Both the position numbers and the translations under genes were made by a program. The notes below the pieces were generated by a model. That model saw only the letters and a list, made by a program, of their open reading frames with translations. It did no database searches and was not told where the DNA came from. Below, one piece after another: positions 8,827-14,864 of a DNA stretch of 64,000 nt (within the stretch, counting starts at the first letter, position 1; each line of letters begins with the position of its first letter). Source of the DNA: Alphaproteobacteria bacterium (lineage in GTDB: Bacteria > Pseudomonadota > Alphaproteobacteria > TMED109); NCBI GenBank assembly GCA_965206145.1, contig CBDBIK010000005.1, positions 513,206-577,205 of the forward strand, read 5' to 3'.

Positions 8827-10095
8827 CTAAGCCTCCCTCGTGTTGGTGTCGGCATTGGCGCGAACAGCATCGACCGCGGCGGCATACGTCACCGTCTCGT
8901 CGCGCTCGCGCGCCGTCTTCATGTAGGCCCGGGCCCGCGCAGCAACCCGCTCGTTAGCCAAGCGGTCGTCGGCAAGGGCACCGTCTTCGGACGGTGTGCG
9001 GGCAGGGTTCGAACGTTCGGCGTAGTCGACCCGCTTGTTGAGGCCGCCAACAAACTCGAGGAACCACTCACGCGGCGATGTTTCGATCCGGCCAGCGTCG
9101 GCCCCCGCGAACGAGAGCGTCGTCGCTCCGTCCCCGTCGCCGAGCGAGGTCAGGAACGCTACCGCCCCCGCCTTCTCACGCGGCAGAAGTCGCCCGTCCG
9201 AGATAGCTTTCTCGATCTCGGCTTCCGCCGCCGCGGTGCGCTCGCGCTCCGCGAACGCGGTCTCCTTCTCTGCGAGTCCCTTCTCGCGGGCGTCCAGTTC
9301 AGCCGTCCGCTCCTTGAGCGCGGCACTGGACGGTGAATCTTCCCGGCCTCCGGCCGGAGTCTTGTCGTCTTCGGGCATTTCTGCCTCCTTGTTGGTGTCG
9401 GTGATGTTATTGGTGTCGGTAGCCGGCGCTGCAGGTCCCCCCTCCGGGAGGTCAACGCGCTCGGAAAAATTGGTCGTCGCGTCGCCGGACACGTCGTCGT
9501 GGCCGTCCTCGCGGGCGGATGGTTCAATGCCCTCCAGTTGCCATGCGGGCACGATCCTGTCGGCCGTCTCCAGATCGTTGCTGTCGATGATCCACTCGCG
9601 CACGCTGCGCAACACCGCAGCAATCCGCCGGATCCCGTCCCGGAGGACGCCCTCGCTGGAGGCGAACTCGTAAGTCGCAAATGATGCAGGCGCCGCGAAC
9701 CGCGTCGGCGCCAGGCCGCTTACAGCCGGTGCCGCACCGCCCAGGAAGCCGATATGCCGCAGCGAGAAAGTGCCGTCCTGGCCCTTGAGTAGCGCCACCG
9801 AACGGCCGGCGTATCGACCCTCCTCGACCGCCTCGCGGAACGCCGGCGCAATGTCACGAAGTCGCGCCTGGAGGCGGTCGCCGACGCGTCGAATTCGATC
9901 GACCCAGCCGTAGGCCGGTGCGTCGTCCTCGGGGTGCCCGACGACAACCGGGACCGGATCCTGATCAGCGTAGTTGGAGACGATCCCGTCGAGAGTCGCC
10001 GCGTCAAAACTGTTTTTGGAGCCGCGCATGTCGGTGTGGGTGCCCGCTCGGAACACATCGAACCACCCATCAAGTGCGCTGAACTTCGCAGGCAT
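8827..10095 (-). CDS. head maturation protease / scaffold protein (Mu I-like)
   Basis: 422 aa. The N-terminal domain (FDVFRAGTHTDMRG...VVVGHPEDDAPAYGWV) resembles Mu I/GPO-type proteins. The middle is acidic and the C-terminal half is helical. First gene of the minus-strand late arm. Confidence 0.7.
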   Translation of the reverse strand: MPAKFSALDGWFDVFRAGTHTDMRGSKNSFDAATLDGIVSNYADQDPVPVVVGHPEDDAPAYGWVDRIRRVGDRLQARLRDIAPAFREAVEEGRYAGRSVALLKGQDGTFSLRHIGFLGGAAPAVSGLAPTRFAAPASFATYEFASSEGVLRDGIRRIAAVLRSVREWIIDSNDLETADRIVPAWQLEGIEPSAREDGHDDVSGDATTNFSERVDLPEGGPAAPATDTNNITDTNKEAEMPEDDKTPAGGREDSPSSAALKERTAELDAREKGLAEKETAFAERERTAAAEAEIEKAISDGRLLPREKAGAVAFLTSLGDGDGATTLSFAGADAGRIETSPREWFLEFVGGLNKRVDYAERSNPARTPSEDGALADDRLANERVAARARAYMKTARERDETVTYAAAVDAVRANADTNTREA

Positions 10096-10100
10096 CGATC

Positions 10101-10121
10101 CGCCTCCGATGGTCGGAGGCG
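10101..10121 (-). promoter_or_regulatory. perfect 9-bp hairpin that sequesters the Shine-Dalgarno of the protease/scaffold gene
   Basis: The mRNA reads CGCCUCCGA-CCA-UCGGAGGCG followed by GAUCG-AUG. The GGAGG sits in the 3' arm and pairs with CCUCC in the 5' arm. Confidence 0.5.
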
Positions 10122-10150
10122 AATCGTGAGAGAGAACTAAGTGGACGTAA

Positions 10151-10167
10151 AGGTGACAGGTGTCACA
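10151..10167 (-). promoter_or_regulatory. 17-bp late-operon motif TGTGACACCTGTCACCT (copy 1), putative activator site/late promoter element
   Basis: Identical 17-mer, in the same orientation relative to the downstream genes as the copy at 20466..20482. Contains the dyad GTGACA-N2-TGTCAC. There are 55 nt between the motif and the protease/scaffold ATG. Confidence 0.5.
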
Positions 10168-10447
10168 GGAAGAACAAGCCCGATCGAACAGCCTGACGGG
10201 GTGGAAACGTCTGCGATTTCAGTTCATTCAGACCAGCGTTTCACGTTGCTCTCCCGGAACCAGAAGAAGCGAGAACCAGTCATCGTTGTAGAAGCAAGGA
10301 GAGCAACAAGTAGTCAATCCCGGAGTCCGAACCCCGACCGCATGGAGGAACCCTCAACCAGCATGTGGAGGATTTGAACGCGCTTATCTAGGGGCAATCC
10401 GTCCATACCTCTATGTGAAATTATTTGCTTACCTTCAAGAAAAATGT

Positions 10448-11641
10448 TCACTTAATACGCGGTTCAAAGTCGGGGGTGGGGTAGATCTCATCGTTCGTGG
10501 CGAACGAAATTCCGATTAGCTGCTCCAATGTCTCATCCGAAAGTGCGATGTCAGATTTAAATTCATCAACCCTGTATCGCCCACTTTCGAAAACTAGCTC
10601 AGCAACCCGCCGCAGCAACATTGGTTCCTCAAACGGTAAAGCACGCTGCCCCTTATCCAGGGGCTCAACAGTGCGCCACCTCTTATATGAAATTTGCTTG
10701 TAAACATTTGTGATCTGCTGTTCATCGAATAGCCCCAAATTTTTGCAGCGATAAACCATCGCTTGAATCGACACCTTCCACCTGGCCTTAAGGTCAACGA
10801 AAGCTTCTGCTTTGGGCGCGTAAACTTCGTTTGGAAACGATTTTCTAGGAAGCAGAAACGCTCCGGCAAAATGATCTGCCTCTGTCTCTATTTGCTTAAG
10901 TCGATCTTTATCCTCGATCTCTTCACGGCCGACCCATCGATGCAAACAAAGGTGCCCGAGTTCATGAGCGGCATCGAACCTAGCCCGCGCTGCGCTTTCT
11001 TTGTCAGATGCCAAAAATACAAATGGGCGGTCGCCAGCCCAATAGGAAAACGCCTCCACTTTTTCACCGGTCATCCGGAACCGGCAGGTAATGACGCCCT
11101 TCGATTCAATCAGGCGGAGTACATTGGAAATAGGGCCGAGTCCTAATCCAAAGTGCTTTCTAGTCTCCTCTGCCATACCCTCGATTTCTTCCTCGGTATA
11201 GGCCGAGGAAGTCGAATCATGCGGCTCAAACTGAGGAATATCGATGGGGGGAAAGTTGGCGATTTCGTTGAATGCATATGCAACGCTGGAAAACCAATCC
11301 GCCAATACCTCGCACGCTCGATTCCTCCGCTTGGTATCAGGTCCGATTTTTCGAAAAAAATTGGCACTATGTTCTCCGAAGGTCCAACGCTCACTTCTTG
11401 TAAAAAATGCTACCGGTTGCCCCAAAGCATCTGCCATTTTCCCCATAGTGTTCGGCACAGGGAATTTGGTCCCACGCTCATAAGCGGACACCGCCTGACG
11501 GCTTACGCCAATTCGATTAGCAAGCTCTGTTTGTGTAAGGAGCGCCACTTGCCGAGCTTCGGTGAGGCGCTGCGGAATCAAAAGCCGCCCAGAAGCGCTT
11601 CCTTGAGCGGCGTTCGGGAAGTGGACGATATTGTTAGCCAT
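10448..11641 (-). CDS. XRE-family HTH fused to ImmA/IrrE (COG2856) zinc metallopeptidase
   Basis: Start taken at ATG 11641 (MANNIVHFPN...), which overlaps the upstream stop as ATGGCTAA. HTH segment is QTELANRIGVSRQAVSAYERG. HExxH motif is AAHELGHLCLH, with a downstream EADHFAGAFLLP. Lies in the low-GC island. Confidence 0.85.
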   Translation of the reverse strand: MANNIVHFPNAAQGSASGRLLIPQRLTEARQVALLTQTELANRIGVSRQAVSAYERGTKFPVPNTMGKMADALGQPVAFFTRSERWTFGEHSANFFRKIGPDTKRRNRACEVLADWFSSVAYAFNEIANFPPIDIPQFEPHDSTSSAYTEEEIEGMAEETRKHFGLGLGPISNVLRLIESKGVITCRFRMTGEKVEAFSYWAGDRPFVFLASDKESAARARFDAAHELGHLCLHRWVGREEIEDKDRLKQIETEADHFAGAFLLPRKSFPNEVYAPKAEAFVDLKARWKVSIQAMVYRCKNLGLFDEQQITNVYKQISYKRWRTVEPLDKGQRALPFEEPMLLRRVAELVFESGRYRVDEFKSDIALSDETLEQLIGISFATNDEIYPTPDFEPRIK

Positions 11642-12353
11642 CGCCGTTATCCCGCCGCCACTTCTCAATGTCCTCTTTAAGCAACTCAAGATCATCTAGG
11701 GCAGAATCGGTATCCTCTGTGGCTGGCCCGTCCGACAAAATTTCGTGCGGAATATTCATTAGATTCGGAGAACGCCAAGAGTACCGTGTTTTCGAAACAT
11801 GAGACGGAACGGCGAAATGCGCAAAATTTAGCGTCTGATGACCATGGATAAGCAGAAAGTGCGGCAAGCCAGCAATTATCTTTTCTTCTTCAAATTCCGG
11901 CAGATCGAATGCGGGCTGGTTGTTTAGCCGTGCGTTCTCCCGAAACACAACATTTCGCGGCTGCCGGGCGGGATTCGCGACTTGACTCACTGAGGCCGTC
12001 GAATGCGAAAACCGCAGTTCGAGAAAGCGGCCAGTGGGACTTGCAAAATCTCGCCAACGGAAATCGCAATCCAAGGCACCAGTCTCGATAGCCCGGAGTA
12101 AAGACCAATCAACTGCATACGAAATCACGCGTCCCTTGTTATCCTGAGCACTTTCCACTTGGAGAATTGGGCTGTCTTTTACGAGTTCATCCACGGCGGT
12201 ATAAGCCGACGTCAAAACGGTAGGTATCACAGGCCATTGTGACTGCGGAACTTGGTCTTTGATGAAATCTTCGAGCCTCGTCACGGCTATTCCTCGAATT
12301 GGTTGCTTAGAATTGGTTGCTTGAGTCCATGCGCAACTGTATACGATTTTCAA
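11634..12353 (-). CDS. hypothetical protein, 239 aa, no recognisable domain
   Basis: ORF track. Same low-GC composition as the downstream gene and translationally coupled to it. I could not identify any motif. Confidence 0.65.
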   Translation of the reverse strand: MKIVYSCAWTQATNSKQPIRGIAVTRLEDFIKDQVPQSQWPVIPTVLTSAYTAVDELVKDSPILQVESAQDNKGRVISYAVDWSLLRAIETGALDCDFRWRDFASPTGRFLELRFSHSTASVSQVANPARQPRNVVFRENARLNNQPAFDLPEFEEEKIIAGLPHFLLIHGHQTLNFAHFAVPSHVSKTRYSWRSPNLMNIPHEILSDGPATEDTDSALDDLELLKEDIEKWRRDNGDG

Positions 12354-12439
12354 TATCTTTTGTCAACTAACTCTTCTTTCCCCACCTCTTTTCTGCCGCT
12401 TTCGCGGCCTTACTTCTTGCCGTCGTCCGGGGCTACGTC

Positions 12440-13183
12440 TCAGCCCAGAGTCTTCGCCATCCACACAACCTCGCCAATCACGTCGGCGTCGCGAGGCCAC
12501 GGTAGGTCCTTCCACGCCGGATGGTCGCTAACGAGCAGCCAGGACTTGCCATCCTTTCGTGCCCTCTTGACTATCAGTCCGTCTTCCGTGCGCACCACGA
12601 AGATGTGCTTGTCCCGACGCCGGTTGCGATGCTTCGCGACGAGAATCGAGCACTTGTCCGGAAGCGTCGGCTCCATCGACTCGCCGCGCACTCGGATGAC
12701 CACGCATTCCGACGCGATCAGCGCGTGCAGGTTGAGCCAGGCGCGCCGGAACGCGAGGCGCCCTCGGACTGGAGCGTCCTCAATGTGAGAGCCCCCGCCG
12801 GCGGAAGGCTCCACCTCCAGCATCTCAATGTAGCGTTTGCTCGGATCCTCCTCACCGCTCCCGTCAACCGGCGCCACCATGGATTTGGTCGCTGCCAATG
12901 CCTGCCCATGGAGGCGATCGAGTTCAGCTCGCACCTCGCTAAGCCGGTCGTTTAGCGCGGCTCCGGGTTCCTCGCGGGGGGGACCAACGTAAAGTTCGAG
13001 CCCTAATGCATCGCAGATCTCAGCTGTCCGTACGAGTGAGGGAATATGCCCCTCTAGCGCACTTTGAACGCTACGAGTGGGAAGCTTGCTCCGAATCGCC
13101 AATGCACGCACGGATAGCCCTTGCCTATCTAACGCGGCGCGGGCCGTGGTTACGAATTTCTGATAGGCATTCACAGTAGGCAA
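12440..13183 (-). CDS. CI/LexA-like prophage repressor (HTH + S24 peptidase domain)
   Basis: N-terminal HTH (LSVRALAIRSKLPTRSVQSALEG). C-terminal S24 signature VRGESMEPTLPDKCSILV...LIVKR. Divergent from the early operon. TTG (13183) or GTG (13174) start. Confidence 0.85.
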   Translation of the reverse strand: MPTVNAYQKFVTTARAALDRQGLSVRALAIRSKLPTRSVQSALEGHIPSLVRTAEICDALGLELYVGPPREEPGAALNDRLSEVRAELDRLHGQALAATKSMVAPVDGSGEEDPSKRYIEMLEVEPSAGGGSHIEDAPVRGRLAFRRAWLNLHALIASECVVIRVRGESMEPTLPDKCSILVAKHRNRRRDKHIFVVRTEDGLIVKRARKDGKSWLLVSDHPAWKDLPWPRDADVIGEVVWMAKTLG

Positions 13184-13228
13184 TATCTAGCCCATATCGC
13201 AGAGAGTCCATGCTTGGCCATATTTCGC

Positions 13229-13263
13229 TTGACACGGGCGAATGATTGCCTAATTTTGGCAAT
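13229..13263 (+). promoter_or_regulatory. putative early promoter (TTGACA-16 nt-TAATTT) with overlapping operator-like inverted repeat ATTGCC-N7-GGCAAT
   Basis: -35 at 13229-13234 and -10 at 13251-13256. Inverted repeat at 13245-13250 / 13258-13263. Further GGCAAT/GGCCAT copies lie at about 13179 and 13215. The predicted TSS falls at or next to the ATG at 13264. Confidence 0.4.
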
Positions 13264-13551
13264 ATGTCGCCCACAGATTTGACTCGATTGATCGAACTCA
13301 TGGCCACCAGGCTGCAACGCAGTCCGGGGACGATCGGCCGCTGGGTCGGAACCAGCGGTGATTTCTACGGGCGTCTCAAGAGCGGTCACGACATCACCAC
13401 GAACCGTGCCGAACGCATCGTGCAGAAGCTTTCCGAACTCTGGCCGGAGGAGCTCTCGTGGCCCTCCGACATTCCTCGCCCCGTGATTCGTCCATCCGCC
13501 GGCAAACCTCGCCGTTCGGACGCGTCCAGGCAAGCGAGGAAAGTCGCCTGA
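13264..13551 (+). CDS. small early protein, putative Ner/Cro-analogous regulator (by position)
   Basis: Internal ATG of ORF 13246..13551 (MSPTDLTRLIELMATRLQRSPGTIGRWVG...). First gene of the rightward early operon, opposite the repressor. Confidence 0.5.
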   Translation: MSPTDLTRLIELMATRLQRSPGTIGRWVGTSGDFYGRLKSGHDITTNRAERIVQKLSELWPEELSWPSDIPRPVIRPSAGKPRRSDASRQARKVA

Positions 13552-13567
13552 TGGCGCGGCGGACGGC

Positions 13568-13879
13568 ATGACCACTACCGGGAAGATGCATGCGGTGGCA
13601 GATCCAGCAGCGTCCTCACCCGACCGGGATGCGTGGATCGCGCGGGGCAAACGTCTTTCCGAATCCGGCTCGGAGCGGCAGTGGGAGTTTGCTGACTGGG
13701 CGTTTGAGGGGATGGGGGCATTCGGATCGGAGACGGTCCGGGAGATCGCCTCCCGTCTTGGAATATCCCCTGGATTTTTGAGCACATGTACTGCCATATC
13801 AAGAGCTTACCCTTTGTTTCGCCGGCGAAACACCCTTGGATTTTCACAGACGAAGCTCCGCCGGTGGCCCGCGCGATGA
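13568..13879 (+). CDS. HTH protein, truncated paralogue of the 14160..14864 gene (possibly decaying)
   Basis: WEFADWA...ETVREIASRLGISPGFLSTCTAISRAY..RRR.TLGFS aligns with WELGDLA...SLRETARRIGMSPEKLIRFSSTAKAF..RRRFTLAIS of the downstream gene. Stops 16 codons after the palindrome-encoded RRR motif. Confidence 0.5.
   Translation: MTTTGKMHAVADPAASSPDRDAWIARGKRLSESGSERQWEFADWAFEGMGAFGSETVREIASRLGISPGFLSTCTAISRAYPLFRRRNTLGFSQTKLRRWPAR
13815..13832. repeat. palindrome TGTTTCGCCGGCGAAACA (variant member of the early-region palindrome family)
   Basis: Read directly. Encodes the FRRRN segment of the 13568 gene. Followed by CCCTTGGATTTTC, similar to the flanks of the other copies. Confidence 0.7.
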
Positions 13880-13912
13880 GCGCGGGCTCCCGCCGTGTTG
13901 TCGTCATCGACG

Positions 13913-13957
13913 GGTCCGGAGGTGAATCGCCGGCGATTCACCCCCTGGAAATCCGGA
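13913..13957. repeat. about 45-bp direct repeat, copy A, containing the perfect 22-bp palindrome GGTGAATCGCCGGCGATTCACC (13921-13942)
   Basis: Read directly. Matches 14111..14155 with about 4 mismatches. Lies 17 nt upstream of the tRNA-like gene. Confidence 0.85.
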
Positions 13958-13974
13958 GAGTTCTTTCTCCGATC

Positions 13975-14053
13975 GCCCAGGTAGCTCAGCTGGTAGAGCA
14001 CGCGGGCTCATGCGCCTGCGGTGTCGGCGGTTCGATCCCGCCCCTGGGCACCA
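13975..14053 (+). tRNA. tRNA-like gene with CAU in the anticodon loop and a non-canonical (3 nt too long) anticodon arm
   Basis: Hand fold. Acceptor GCCCAGG/CCTGGGC is perfect. U8 is present. D arm GCTC-AGCTGGTA-GAGC. T arm GGCGG-TTCGATC-CCGCC. Discriminator A and an encoded CCA. The anticodon arm CGCGGGC-TCATGC-GCCTGCG is 20 nt instead of 17. Confidence 0.55.
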
Positions 14054-14110
14054 TCCCGCCGCCGCCGGACTCTCTCGGAAAATCTGTCTCCTTGACCAAC
14101 GTTGTCAGTG

Positions 14111-14155
14111 GGTCAGAGGGTGAATCGCCGGCGATTCACCCCCTGGAAATTCGGA
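14111..14155. repeat. about 45-bp direct repeat, copy B, containing the 22-bp palindrome (14119-14140)
   Basis: Read directly. Lies 57 nt downstream of the tRNA-like gene and ends 5 nt before the start of the 14160 gene. Confidence 0.85.
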
Positions 14156-14159
14156 CCGC

Positions 14160-14864
14160 GTGAGCGTCCCCGCCCGCATTCTACGGGGCAGCCTGCTGGA
14201 TAAGCGGCTGGAGCGCTGCCGGCAGCTTGTCGGGTCGCGCCAGGCGGCTGCGTGGGAACTGGGCGACCTTGCCAACACCATTGCTGAGGAGGACGGCGTA
14301 TCGCTCCGGGAGACTGCCCGCCGGATCGGGATGTCCCCCGAGAAATTAATCCGGTTTTCAAGCACGGCCAAAGCTTTTGAGGTGAATCGCCGGCGATTCA
14401 CCCTTGCCATTTCGGTACATGCGGAGGTGCGCGGCCTGCCGGCATCAGAGGCCGACGTCTTCCTCGACCGGATCGAGGCGGGTGAGTTGTCCCGCTCGGA
14501 GCTGCGCGCTGCCGTCCAGGAGAGGACGACCCGGGGCCGCATCCAGGAGCTTGAGCGCGAATGCGCAGAGCTACGTCAGCGGGTATCGAGGGTGCCGGCA
14601 TCACCGGAGGAGGCGTCCGACATGGCGGCGGCGGCGCATTCCCGGGTCCGTTCGGCCTGCAAGCTCGTCCATCGCTCGTACCGCGACGCGGCGCGGATTG
14701 CCGCCGAGGTCGTGGGGAATACCGCTCTCATGGGAGCCCTTCACGGCAACCGGCGCAACGCCCTGCGCATGGCGCTGGAGCGCGAGTTCGATGGTGCTGC
14801 TGTTCGTCTTGAGGAGACGAGGCGGGAAATGCTCGCACCGCTGTTCGACGGGCCCGACCGGTGA
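14160..14864 (+). CDS. early HTH DNA-binding protein with coiled-coil C-terminus (ParB/KorB-like HTH...LxxSxHxE pattern)
   Basis: 234 aa. Contains GVSLRETARRIGMSPEKLIRF...RRRFTLAISVHAEV. GTGA overlap with the transposase start. Lies directly upstream of the transposase. Confidence 0.65.
   Translation: MSVPARILRGSLLDKRLERCRQLVGSRQAAAWELGDLANTIAEEDGVSLRETARRIGMSPEKLIRFSSTAKAFEVNRRRFTLAISVHAEVRGLPASEADVFLDRIEAGELSRSELRAAVQERTTRGRIQELERECAELRQRVSRVPASPEEASDMAAAAHSRVRSACKLVHRSYRDAARIAAEVVGNTALMGALHGNRRNALRMALEREFDGAAVRLEETRREMLAPLFDGPDR
14381..14402. repeat. 22-bp perfect palindrome GGTGAATCGCCGGCGATTCACC, copy C (inside the 14160 gene, encoding VNRRRFT)
   Basis: Read directly. Confidence 0.85.

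Noticed and set aside
10141-10377. 78-aa plus-strand ORF in the spacer upstream of the late head operon
   Set aside because: It has no RBS and an atypical composition. It overlaps the late-promoter motif on the opposite strand of the surrounding transcription units. I treat it as non-coding.
13786-14163. 125-aa plus-strand ORF spanning the tRNA-like gene
   Set aside because: It reads straight through the two 45-bp repeats (GGESPAIHPLEI twice) and through the tRNA-like sequence. It is an artefact of the repeat structure and not a gene.
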